Positions 1-12,374 of a stretch of DNA of 64,000 nucleotides are shown piece by piece; position 1 is the stretch's first letter; each line of letters opens with the position of its first letter. This stretch comes from Eukaryota sp. GEM-RC1 (lineage: Eukaryota), in contig JAUFOQ010000005.1 in NCBI GenBank assembly GCA_040285855.1, forward strand, positions 1,426,001 to 1,490,000. The letters run 5' to 3'. The position numbers were made by a program, and so were the translations under genes. The notes below the pieces were generated by a model. The model was not told the DNA's origin and made no database searches. It saw only the letters and a program-made list of their open reading frames with translations.

Positions 1-806
1 CCAAAGAATTCGGTAGATGTCTTATCCATTCGCCAGCCATCGACAACAATCCCGAACTCAGCAGGTAATTGTCTTTTGAGTGAGTTAAAGGCTTCTAAAT
101 ATGTCAATTTCAGATAATCTGTTAATGTTGGAACAGTAATCGGTTGCAGATTGGAGTACATCTGTGCACAACGTTTTTCCACAAAAGTAAACGGTAGTTG
201 TTGAGTAACTATCCAGTCCAGCCAACCATAAATTGATTTAGCTTTGTCGACGCTTCTTGTGACACCAGTTTCAGTAAGTTTGAGCTGCGATTGATTATCA
301 GACATCAATTGCGGTTAATCTTTATGGTGATTCTCAACATGAGTTTTCAGATTTTGGAAGCCAGCCTTATCTGGTATCCAGATGGTACATGGTTTGTCTT
401 CAGCGTTTCCCTCAAGAACTAGATGAGGGCATATATTGCAATAGTACGCAACTTTTCCTTCCCTTACCCACGGCAGCTGGTTGTGGATTAGCAAGAGTGA
501 AGAAGAAGTCTGCGAACTTTTTTGGACTTGGAGTGGACATGCAGTGAAAGGAAGTGTTCTTGTCATAGTTTTCAATTACGAATTACCAGTATTCACAATT
601 GTACGAATTCTAAAACTTTCTGACCCAACAACCCAGTATCTGAACTGTAGGGTTCTTAGTAATATGAGTTGTCAGAGTTACTCTGCAAAAATCTCGTTGT
701 AACATATTGCAATAAACCCTTTGTTGCAATAAATATATTGCGCATCAAAAGACGTGCAATATTAATTGCAATATATTGCAATACAATTTATTTTTTTCGA
801 TCCCTG
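1..806 (-). mobile_element. hAT transposon 5' end with disrupted transposase (runs off the window)
   Basis: BED-like finger YYCNIC...LKTHVENHH (315-575). After one in-frame TAA the frame continues YGWLDWIV..QLPFTFVEK...FGIVVDGW (first catalytic Asp). ATATTGCAATA subterminal repeats at ~700-785 and a TIR-like end CAGGGATCG at 806. Confidence 0.8.
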
Positions 807-2379
807 TTTCACAATAACAAACGATTAAGTGTATTGCCCCACCAAAATGAAATTTTTTACCAATAACTTTTCAACCGTTCATGTTACCTTTTGACATGTA
901 TGCTAACAAAATTTCTTGGCTTCATTTCACCAAATTCTTGTTCGTTAATGTTGGAGAAGATCATTGTTTGTCTCAAAAACTACATCCATATACAATCTTC
1001 AATACAGCGCTTAAGGTCATTTCGGTTCTGTTTTATGTGAAACCGACACAGCAAATGATGATCAGATGGATGAAGTTATCTACTGTTTTTATCAGGCATT
1101 TGTCTTGATCTGTAACGATAACACAGAGGAATTATAGATAGGGCCATGTACAACACCATCTACTTTGTAAGCATTATTATTTTCATAAGCCGGAAAATCA
1201 TGTGCTACAACCAATTATGGTGAACAGGGGTGTGTGGAACCTAGTTGTTGAATAGGGATTTTAGAAGTGAAATTTAGCCGTCTGCCTTAATTGTCGATCA
1301 TCTATGCTAATTGTTCGGGTTTTTAGAAGCCTCAGGGAACTGGAACTGGACTCGTTTAGCCTTCTCACTGTAGTTGAATCTCCGACGCTCCTCGTCAGTC
1401 ATGTTTTTGTGAGACGGAATAGCCCAACCATGAGTCGGTTTAGGATACATCAACTATTTGACTTTGTCGACTGCTTCTGTCAGTTCTTTTCTGGTTGCCT
1501 CGAAACGTTGTTGATGATACAAACGTTCTTCATTCCGTGTCCAATATTCAATGTGATCGACGCTATCCTTGTCGTACGTATCATGGGAGGTTGTCCCATG
1601 ACTGGATGTGGCAGTTACAGAAGTGGAACCAGCCAGAGGACCAGGATTGGGTTGTCTGGGAAACTTCGCTGGGAGATGCTTCCTCTCTGGGACCTAGAGG
1701 GGAATCAGAAGGACTGTGAATACGAGGACCAAACAAGGCTGTCGTGTTTCCTTCATCTCGAGGACTCCTTGTAGCTGTCGAGGGATCTTGACTTCGAGGG
1801 CTTCATATTTCTTTATCTTCTACGTCAGGAGATTGTATTGTCTCTTTGTTCGATATTAAAGAACATAATGGGTTTGCGTGCATCTAAATACAGTAACTAT
1901 CGCCATAGTGCCGTTTAAATGGATGGTTGGTCCAGATTCTACCCAATGAATCCAATTTCTGTTAGGGAGCAGGTGTGGTTATTTAACAAGTAATAAAAAC
2001 TGTTTGATGAGTATTGTTATGTATCAACCACAGTTATTAATCATCGAATGAGCATCTTGGTTGAAACTGTTCTTTGAATAATGACTCTCATCTTCTCATG
2101 AAGTATAATCAACACTGTTGAAGCCAATCGCCTAACACTGACACAACAAGTGTGAGTGAAATATGCATAATGTGTCTAAGTCGCTGTTTTAACGTATGTT
2201 TCATAGATTGGAACAATGATTTAATTCTTTCAGATAAAGTTTGTCGACAGATGCGGACAAAATTGTCTTTTACAAAACCTTTAAAGTCAACGTCAACAAC
2301 TAAGCGGAAAGATAAAGAGTTTCTAATAAAAATCTAATTAAACGGTTCTCGTTTTGTCTTTGGCTCAGAGCAACCCGAT

Positions 2380-2570
2380 GAGATGGGTGTTTCAATCAAA
2401 TCGTTGAGTCATGGGCTGTGTTTATCTGGTTCTTTTCCTGCCCAATCAACACCAACGCAGACCTCCAAATGGCGAGCAGTGTTTCCTGTTCAAGCGGGAA
2501 ACTAATTCGAAGTTTTGAACCAGTTGGTTTTATGACAGTTGCAACAAGTTTTTCCCTCCAGGTTTGTCTC
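2380..2570 (-). mobile_element. degenerate BED zinc-finger remnant, probably hAT
   Basis: Minus-strand translation TCCNCHKTNW...GNTARHLEVC with stops. Confidence 0.35.
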
Positions 2571-3026
2571 TACCCCATTTAAAGACTGAAGACTGTTTTC
2601 TGCGTGATGCTGTAGGAGAGGCAACGTCAGCACTTGTAGTTTTAGGTTGGGAAAAGAAGTTTGTTGAGAAGCATCAATAGCTTGGAACTGAAAAGTAGGG
2701 AGAGTCTCTTAATAATAGGACAAAATGGAAATCGGGTCGTCACTGGACGAGCTGTCAATACTTCCGGTATCATTTGTTGAGATAAACTTGTGAACAATGT
2801 TAAAGAAACGATTAGAGTAAATGTTAATTATATATTATATACGAAATACAAACACAACTACTAGAAGTACTACACGAACTACAAATTAAGTTACATGACT
2901 GCTATCATCATGTATTTGGTGCAGATCAATACAAATATTTTAAATAAAGATATTTTAAATGTCTCTATTGTGTTGTCAACGTATGACTAAACTGTAGATG
3001 ACTGACTGTTTGTCGTTCGAGACAGC

Positions 3027-3338
3027 TTGCTACCAACACCCGTCTTGCAGACATTCTGTATGTATACCTCTGATTGTGTTTCGCATAGATTTACAAATGA
3101 AGTTGAGAAATTTTCTGATGATTTAGATCCCATTTTGAACAAAATTGATAGTCTTTTCACTAAATTGAGACATATCAAAAACACTCTCGTTTTGAAAACC
3201 AACACTTCCTTGAGATCGATGAGGCGGAATTCTACAAGATGGTGGTCTACCATTGCTATGTTGAAGAGATTGTTTCAATACATTGATAGAAAGCTACTGC
3301 ACTATAGTAGCTTTGTAATAAATCTGTTGAAATTATAG
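3027..3338 (+). mobile_element. hAT transposase fragment
   Basis: CVSH (CxxH) motif and NSTRWWSTIAMLKRL (TRWxS motif). Confidence 0.75.
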
Positions 3339-3499
3339 GAACCTGACTGTACTCAATGATCTCACCAGTAATACCTAATGATAAGTCCGAGTAATAGAAA
3401 CTTACCCACAATGAAAATGTTATCAACTTTATTCATTGAAAAGTCCATGATTATTAAGACTGTGGTTTTCATTCAAATAGTATATAAATTATTTCTCAC

Positions 3500-3790
3500 C
3501 ATCTTTTGACCACTGTTTCTGTCGTACACTTTCACCATCCTTAATCACAGACAGTATCAAAACGACTTTAAAGATCCCCAATCGTGCCATCCGCTTTACT
3601 CGTGACGCCTTTGGCTTGAAGAATGTGCCTGCAGTACAATGTCCAAGATCTTCAAGGACATCCCCAATGAATTTATATATCTGGATGACATCATCATCGC
3701 AACTCAAGATGAAGAACCTTTTCTGTCAACTTTAAATCTCATTCTAGAAAAATGTACCTCCCGAAGAGTTAATTAGAAAAGAAGAAATGT
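3500..3790 (+). mobile_element. Ty3/gypsy reverse transcriptase fragment
   Basis: TTLKIPNRAIRFTRDAFGLKNVPA, a frameshift, then FIYLDDIII. It aligns with the RT of the element at 25930-29547 (KTTLVIPGKAIRFQRACFGLKNVPA..IYIDDIII). Not shown in the ORF track. Confidence 0.8.
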
Positions 3791-4169
3791 TCTTTGGAGT
3801 TTGTGGCTACACAAGAACTAGCAACTTGACGGATGATCACCCCCACTGAACTTAACCCAGGACTTGTTTGCAAACACTGAGAGTAATATCTGTTTGATGA
3901 TTAAAAAACACGTAATAATTTCAAGATTAATGACAAAATTCAATCATAGACAGCTAATGATGCTACAAAATTTGAATGCAGTTGATGGCTTAGTGATGGA
4001 CAAAGATTAAAATAAAGAAGTACAATACTCGAAATATTTGAAATATTTGAACCAAAGATGCATTGTACACATTTGTAATTTAATTGCCAATGCTGCAGTC
4101 CAAATGTTGCTTTCAATGTTCCTTGCTATCTGTGTTATTAGGAAATGAAACAGTAATTACCAAGAAAAA

Positions 4170-4320
4170 TTCCATAATTCATGTAATATCGTTAACAACA
4201 GAGCAGACTTCACGGTCTCAGGTACCTTTCTTAGGTGTTACTGCACATTTTGTAGAAAGTGGAGAACTCAAGAGTATAGTTCCGGCTGTGAAGATGCTTC
4301 CTTCGCTATTGTTATCCTAG
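4170..4320 (+). mobile_element. hAT transposase fragment
   Basis: ISLTT..TS....FLGVTAHF matches ISLTADLWSS...FLGVTAHW of the hAT at 39102-39812. Confidence 0.7.
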
Positions 4321-6156
4321 AATTTTTCTCGAAGCTTAGAAGGCTACTTGTACCACCAAAGATAACGCAGGAAGTATAGTTAACACAACAATTGTCCCAC
4401 TGCACTGCCATGGAAAAAGTGGGCAGCTAAGTATATAGAAGACAACACAGTAGCCTCTATTGGACCTCCACTACTGCTGAAAGATATATTCTTTCCATAC
4501 AACAACAATCTAGATGATCACTAAGTATTTAAAGGGGAAAAGGTCAAACAAAGAGTTGTAGCACAACAAATTTTTTTCTGGATCTCTCTAGCTTACGAGA
4601 ACCCTTACTTATAATCATTGATGCAAAGATAGCTGAAATGAATTCAATAATGTCAGCTAGACACTCACGACAGCCCACAGAAAGCTACCGCTAAAGTTGC
4701 TCATCCAGCCAATGTTGGCTTCAAGTTGCTGAAAAGACAAAGTTCCTTCTCTTGAAGTGGGAAGAAACCACATCGATCGGCAAGTTAAGCAACCTCTTGC
4801 TACATGGTCTATTTGACACATGTGGTATCGAATCGTGTATTACATCCGACTTGATCGATGGTAATGAAGCTACCCTCGACATAACTAAAATAACTGACGA
4901 TCGAATCGTAAAGAGTTTAGGCCGCTACCACATCAATTTATCCCTTTAAATGGGAAAAGATTTCCCGAAACGTGTGCATTTCGAAGTAAAAATCCAACTT
5001 TTGATTGGCTGTGACAACTCTTATTATTCTCAAATGCATTGGCTTGTTAATTGCGAAAGGATTAAGTATCAGGATCAATGACAAACGAAACACCTTACTC
5101 ATCACCGAAGATGACTTCGATCATCTGATCCATTCCTGAATAAAGATTCAGTCCACACTTTTTAAAAATTGGTGGGAATACAGACTATAATGTTCTAAGA
5201 ATAATGTTTAGAAATTTAGAAATGGTAAATCCATGTGACTTTACCTTTTTCTGACAACTTCTCAACATACAACAATGATGAAAGTTTCTTTCACCATGTG
5301 AACTTTATGACAAAAGACCTCAATTGATCGATGGTAGTTAATGACATGAAGTATTCTAAAAACGAATTGATTTCTTTGGTAAGCGCTATTTAAATCCGAT
5401 TTGATAGAAGATTATCAAAATTGATTGAAGACAAACAACACATAGAAGTACAACTTGCTGACAACAAGTTAATGATGACATCGTCAACATCAGTTTAATT
5501 TCAATTTTTGAGGATCGCGGAAGATTACAAAGGACGGATGCAGAATTACGGAAAGGAAAAGATCAAAAATAAGCAAGAACTGAAGCAACGGTAACCTTTT
5601 ACTTTGAAAGAACATGACCAAGGAGTTGATGGTAAAAGAGAGGAGATGTAAGTTGCTTGAGAAGGATCAGACTGTAGAAGAGAAAGGTTCTCTAAAAGAA
5701 TAATGTGTTGGATGAAGGAATTGGAAGTAAACAATGTTGAATAGAAGCTAAAGCGGTTGTAGGGGAAATACAGCGGACATCAGATGATGGTGTGATAAAA
5801 GAAACAGCTGTAGAAAGAGCAATATACCAACCGTCATTGACTCATGATAGTAAGATCTCTGTGAACCTAGATCAGGATTAAAGTAATAGATACGAGAGGA
5901 ATCATACAAACCAATGGGAAGGATAAAAAAAGCAGCAGAACTCTTGATTAGATCACCACCCGAAAAAAAGGGTGGTAGCTAAGTGAAGCAGCATCGACTC
6001 AAAGGAAGTGAATGATCATGAGTTTGAGGATGTACTGTACATCTACCAGCCATAAAGAATTAAAGAGCATTGGTTTAACTTTTTACCAATGAAGGATATG
6101 GTCGGATCCGCATTATCAACTACTCTTCTGGAGAGGAGGTTCAGGATTAGACAAAC

Positions 6157-7104
6157 ATGTCTCCTTTTTCATTGCTTTTAATATCATTCTCCTTTTCCAG
6201 AAACACTTTCATCATTCTCGATGAACCCTCACTGTGTAACCAAACCATTTCATTTGGGGAGGAATCTATCGAAGTAAACAAGTCAGTTCTTGCTGCACAC
6301 TCAACGTATTTTCAATCCCTCTGGTTCTTGGAGTTTGGGGATAAACTGGAGAACCCCATCGACTTCTTCCATCTTCCCGTCGATTCCAACAACAACAACA
6401 TCGCTTTCCTCAAGTCATTCTTCGGAAAGTCATTCATCCTCAATGAAAACAACGCCTACAACTTCTTTTACCTGGCCCACTACTTCCAAGTGGACAAACT
6501 CATTCACGACGTTGAAAATCACCTCAATACTCATCTCTTAACCTGGGCTTGGTTAAAATCATTCATTAAAGAAGCAGATAAAATAAATGACTTGAGAGCT
6601 CTAGAATTCGTTGGTCCTTTCTTAAACTTAAAAATGATTAGATTCTCCCCAACTAAGAAACATTCTCAGTTACAAGTTAGTGGGGATGGAAAGAGAGTTG
6701 TTGTTGGAAGTGGTGGTTTTGTGTATAGAAATATCTTGGGAGAAGATCCACTTCTTCCAGGTAATGAGTATACTTGGAAGTTGAGGTACAAGGGGTATAC
6801 TCATGGTCTTTATGTTGGAGTCATTGACGAATCAAAGTTTAAAGTTGATGGTGGTGTAGGGAATGCTCACTGTTTCGGCAACGCTAGCTACGTTTATGGT
6901 TGTCTCTCAGGAACTAAGACCAAGTGGAATCCTGGTGAATTACTCGAAATCAATGCAAATCTAATCAATTACACTTTAACAATCAAATCTGTGAGTAATT
7001 CTTCAATTAATCTTACTGGAACGCTTCCCAGTTTAAACAGTGGTAATTATTATGCATATGTTTTCTTACACAATGATGATTATGAACTTGAAATCGTTGA
7101 GTAA
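6157..7104 (+). CDS. BTB/POZ + SPRY-like protein (short form)
   Basis: BTB motif VNKSVLAAHSTYFQSL...LAHYFQVDKL. C-terminal beta-rich SPRY/B30.2-like domain YTW...VGV...WNPGELLEI. Paralog of 12375-13951. True start uncertain because a pyrimidine tract plus CAG at ~6185-6200 may be a splice acceptor. Confidence 0.8.
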   Translation: MSPFSLLLISFSFSRNTFIILDEPSLCNQTISFGEESIEVNKSVLAAHSTYFQSLWFLEFGDKLENPIDFFHLPVDSNNNNIAFLKSFFGKSFILNENNAYNFFYLAHYFQVDKLIHDVENHLNTHLLTWAWLKSFIKEADKINDLRALEFVGPFLNLKMIRFSPTKKHSQLQVSGDGKRVVVGSGGFVYRNILGEDPLLPGNEYTWKLRYKGYTHGLYVGVIDESKFKVDGGVGNAHCFGNASYVYGCLSGTKTKWNPGELLEINANLINYTLTIKSVSNSSINLTGTLPSLNSGNYYAYVFLHNDDYELEIVE

Positions 7105-8379
7105 AGTCGTTGTCATTGTCAGTTTCTACCTCCCTTTAATCAATGACAGTCTCTTGATGGGTCAAGTCCTTTACCAAACGACAAATGAGTTCTAGACTTA
7201 TCCAAATAGAGTTTTTTAGTACAATAATTTAAGTTTTATTGTGGTGTACATATGACGTGATGACGTGATCATCAGTGTGAATCACATTGGTCCGATATTC
7301 GGTCAATATTGTTGTTCGTCTTTTGCTTTCACTACCCTTTTGAGATACTTAGGCTGTACCACTTTGTTCAGTCTATGATTCACACCATACCTGGAGAAAA
7401 CAATGGGTTGCAAATTACAAATACAAAAATTGAGATAAAGAGACAAAGGTAATGTTGTTGTCATCTTTAATTTCAGTAGTGAGTATGTACAAAAGTAATG
7501 TTCAATGATCTACTTATTAGATCCGTTTTTCACTAACACTTAATTCACACTATAACGACTAAGGAAATTCATACCGATCAATTGTTTCGCATTCCTCTTT
7601 AGACTCAATTCAAAAGATTTGCGTGCTTGCTGTGTTTTTTTTTTTGTACGTATTATGTACCATCGATCTCATTTAGTAGATTAGTCTGTGAATCTGTTGT
7701 GCTTCCAGACATAGAGTTCCATTGTTTGGTATTTTTTTGTATCTTTTTGTATTGTTTGGTAATTTATTGGTGTTGCTAATCGTTGTGTCTTCTATCTTAC
7801 TGAGTATCGCGTTTCTATTTGGTTCAATAAATCATCGCGTTCAATTTCATATCTAAGTTTTTTTTGATTGGATTTTATACTTTTATAAGTTATAAAGATG
7901 AATCTTTCCATTTTGCATTGGTGCAGTTTCTTCTTTTATTCGTCAAGAGATTTCCATTAGCATATTAGTTTCTTTCCGAGCTGGAACTGGACGAGACCAT
8001 CCCACGAGTTTTCTACACCCAAGTACATCTTCTGACACATCCAAAACAGTGTGCACATTATAATCTGAATGTGAAGCTGCCTGAAACAGGAATTCTGGCT
8101 CTAGAATGGATGCAGCCATGTGCAATTCATTAAAACTTGGCAACATCTTTTATCGGAAACAAATTATATCCAGACCCACTACATCATTGATCCCAAACTT
8201 GATACTTCTTGTCCAACAAATATATTGCTCTCTTTACCACTGTGATTGTCAGGTCTTTGAAGAATGCAAACCAGTTGTTCTAACATGTTCTTTCTTTGAA
8301 TCACGTGTGATTCATTTGTGGAGTGAAACAAGTGCATCAAGGTTCTTTGCCTTCATCATCCAAAGTGTATTACGAGGCG

Positions 8380-8700
8380 TGTTTTGAGTGAAAGTTGTCA
8401 CAATCATAGGATTGCAAAGCACTAAGAGCATTTTATGCATATGTTCTAGTGACTTCATCATGTGGTTGCCAGAATGATGTCTTCCGTGAATATCATCAGT
8501 GACAAGTTCATTTCCTCAAACAAAGCAAGAGTTCCATCTAGCTCAGGATTTTGTACTGTTCGTGTCTTTTTTGCCGATTGTCTTAAGTTCTGTTCTAGTG
8601 AAATTGTTTGTTCAAGACTTTGGGCTGTCATTTGAGTATCTTTCCAATAGTTGTTCGGTGAGGAGGTGCATGTACATTGAAGGTTTCTTTGGCCCACAGG
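8380..8700 (-). mobile_element. pogo/Tigger-like (Tc1/mariner superfamily) transposase N-terminal relic
   Basis: WAKETFNVHAPPHRTTIGKILK followed by KKTRTVQNPELDGTL...TEDII, resembling tandem CENP-B-type HTH motifs. Frameshifted. Confidence 0.55.
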
Positions 8701-8869
8701 TCTAGAGCAGTATTCTTTAAATGTCCATACTTGTCTGCATACTAATTGTGTTGACTGTTTGAAACCAATTTATACGGGTGTTGGTTTACGTTATTGTATA
8801 GTTGGACTTATAAAAAGCGAGAAGACATAAAAAGGATACTGGACTTTGATTCCTGACAGAAAGTATTTT

Positions 8870-9700
8870 CTAAGTAGTTACCGACAGTGCTGCTAGTTGT
8901 GTGGTATTTGGTCGTTCGTTAGAAAAAAATTCCCCATTTTACTTATAATCGGTGTTCGGCACATATAAATGATTCGACCTTTTGGTTTGCATTTGTCTGA
9001 TGAGGCTTGGAAAATAAAGATGCGATTGCGTTTAGGTTTGTTTCCTGCAGAATTCCTATACAATTCTGAATGCGTTTGCAGTCATCGTCGCATTGCAACT
9101 GTTAGACATGTAATTAATTGCCCCAAATTTATTCAATTTTGGTTCAGTTCTTCATAATGCTGTCAGAGATGTTACATTTGAAATGTTTAAGGCTCATGGA
9201 TTTTCATGCCAAAGTTGAACCTTTATTTAGTAAGTAGGGTCTTGATTTAATTAATAATTCTCGTCGAGGTGAATTACATGGTCCTTTCGTTGATTCTAGT
9301 CAAATTATCCTTGATGTTACACCAGTTAATCGATGTGCTCAAACTTATGTTAAGGGCTTGAATTCAAAAGGTGTTAATCACCTAGAAACAGCTGAAAAAC
9401 GTAAAATTGATTTGTATTCCAAAGATGTTGCTAAACTCAATCAAAATTTATATTCAAAATTTGTATTTGTTCCATTTGTTATTTCTATTTTTGGTAGTAT
9501 TGGTGAAATGGCTTCTAAGTTTTTAACTGATTTTGGATCTGTGTGTAAGTCTCAGAATAAGAGATTTAACTTATCAATTTGGCATAACCGTTTGATTTTT
9601 TCTTTGTTCCGTTCGGTGCCTAAGTTCTTTAAATCAATTATCAAAAAGTTGTGAAAAAACTGTGGTACTGTTGACCAGGAATTTTCGGTGTCTTGTGTTT
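8870..9700 (+). mobile_element. non-LTR retrotransposon 3' fragment (zinc knuckle + restriction-like endonuclease)
   Basis: MRLRLG...CVC...HVINC...HNAVRD...VEP...ILDVT...AEKRK..Y...FVPFVISIFGSIG. Frameshifted. Homologous to 19011-20120. Confidence 0.8.
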
Positions 9701-10257
9701 CATAGCTTTTATTATGATATGTATTTTTGTACGCTCCATCAATAAACTGTTTTTTCTATAATTGATTTGTAATTATACAAAAATTCAGGTTTGTATTTTA
9801 TTACTCCGATTTTTAAAAGATGTGATAGAGTCTTACGTTTCTTCAAAAACCATTGTTGCAAAATACAAAATACAGTTTTTTTTGTATTATGTATTTTTTT
9901 GTATTATGTATTGAATTTTTTTCTGAAAAAGTGTATTATGTATTTGTATTTTTTGTATTTTTTTTCCAAATTTGGAGAATGAGTGTTACTCAAAATGACG
10001 CAAATAGATACTCAACTTAATTCCTTTGAACCTTAGACAGTATATTTGGCCAATTTCATAGCTAACGGCAAAACAGATCTCCAATAATTGATTAGCTAAC
10101 TTGAGTTGAGTACAAACAGAACACAGAAATTTGTTTCAGGCTTTTGCTCAATGTCATCTGATTCAGTCATAACGATATCATCATTCTATGATCAGTCTCC
10201 TCTTCTTGATCTCCCAGATGGTTTCTTCAGCAATCCTGTCAATAGCAAGAAACCCAT

Positions 10258-10710
10258 TTGAAAAATGGTCAAAATCATGAACAAAAAAACACTACTAATA
10301 TGGACATTTGGTGTGGAGGTTGTGGGGGTATTTTTCTGAACGCAAATGCATCGAGATGGGGTCCAAAGCATCTACACCGTTGTGCTGGATGGCACAACAC
10401 TAAAGAACTTGCCATGTTTGAAGACAATCAAAATGATCTTGAGACGAAGAAGACAGCAAAAGATTAAAAATTTTAAAAAGATCAGTTGAGCAGATCCGTT
10501 TACGAAGTAAACAGTGCCATTGAGAAGTCTACTACTGATCCCAAGACTTGTGCCTTCTTTCGTACTGTTGACGTGGAAGCTACACTTTGTAATAAAGTAT
10601 GCTTGGCATTTGCTGTTTCGGGTCTCTCCTTCAGCTTGATTGACAAAAACCACAGTTTAATTAAAAATGAATTTGAAAAAATCGTCAATCTTACTTTAAT
10701 TAAACCATGA
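10258..10710 (+). mobile_element. degenerate hAT-like transposase N-terminus
   Basis: BED-like WCGGC...KHLHRC followed by LAFAVSGLSFSLID. TGTATT-rich repeats upstream at 9860-9960. Confidence 0.45.
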
Positions 10711-12374
10711 GAAAACCGATTTGCAACAAACTACTTTGTGTTGAGTCGTTTACTTAAAATTGACATACTGTTATTGGCTCTTGCTGTTCTGGCTGATTAT
10801 CCTGAGCTGAAAGAGAACAATAGTTTTTTCCACCAAAGTGATTTATCGTACCTGTACGATTGCTCCCACAAAGTGACTTACAAATGCCTTCAACCAGTAA
10901 TGCAACGGTTTAAGGCTGTTATTATCCGTCTTACGTCATTCAAGAACCACTTTGAGTCATTTAAAGATTACATCCTGATACAACGGAATCTATTCAAAAA
11001 TTTGATATAATCGTCATTTAACAGATGTAGAAATTTAACATCGTACATACGTTTGAATTATTTCTACACGGAACATTGGAATTATCTTTCAGGAACAACT
11101 CCTACTTAATGACGAGCTGTCGTCACACGTGGTGAATGTTATAGCTAAGGCACAGAAGAGTTTCTTTAAGTGGTATTGTCAATAGATTTCGAAATCTGAC
11201 TTCAAAAAAGCATAAGTCTTCTAAAATGCAACACAATGAACTCCGAGTGGACAAATAATTCCAATGTGTGTCCATATCCGCTGGAAGAGCTTCTTTGAAA
11301 CGACAGAGTCATACATCAACCAGCTATCAACTATCAACTCTGTGTTGGATGAGTCTGATCTGGTGGATTTGAAATTAGATTGGGATGAAGTAATATGCAA
11401 TGATTGAATTCTCATGGTTTTTGTAGTATGTTACGTCTATACTAGAAAGCATTTTACGTTATTCATGGCTTACATTGCTCATTCATTGGTTTGTAAATTG
11501 TATATCTCATAGAGTGATACAGACTGGCCAGGTCAATGTCACATGTATCAGGTCAAAGGTCAGAAGTCGGGTTAAGGTCATCAAATAAATTCACATGATC
11601 TTTGAACTATGACCCTTCCCTTAACCTTAGAATATAACTTTCGCAAAGGATAAAAAATGTTTGGCTGTGAGGAAGGAACTTCTGCTAACTAACAAGTAGA
11701 TTTGGGACATAAACAATAACGAAACTTACTTTCATTATCATGTTCTGATACCAAAACTGAGACAGAAATAGATATACACACCACAAATAACAAAAAACAT
11801 AAACCTCCTGAACACAATCAAAAAAAACAGACAGTAGTTTTGTTATAAAAAAGAGCAAATGAATGTAATTGAGTTAGGTCATTATAAGACACAGGGAAGT
11901 TGTTTGATTAAAGAAACACATTGGCTGATTGATGAGCAGATTCAAGGAAACGATGGTTCACACAGCCAACTTGTGAAAAGAATGAGTAAAGGCGTTGCTT
12001 CAAAAAACGGAGATCGAAACGAAAGTCACCATGATTAACATTGAGAAATCATTAAAACACAAGCAGTTGAAGATTGATCAAGAACAACAACGGCCACTGA
12101 AAACGTAAGTACTTGCAAAAATGCATAAGCAATGAGAACGAAGCAGACAATGTATCAGAGTAAGGTTGCGAGGAGGAGATTCTAGAAGAGGAGGAAACAT
12201 TGAACGCTTAACGGACAGTAAGTGTTACGTTGTCATTGAATGAAGGACTACTCTTCTGTAGAGGTTCAGGATTAGACATGTCGTTTTGGTAAAAGGCCAT
12301 AAGATCATTGATCAAACACAAAACGGGAGATTCTCCAGTCCCGTTTTGAACTCATTTACTTATCTCCTTTTCTA

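Noticed and set aside
1304..1774. 156-aa plus-strand ORF and overlapping ORF
   Set aside because: No recognisable motif. Probably the shadow of a decayed minus-strand sequence that I cannot identify.
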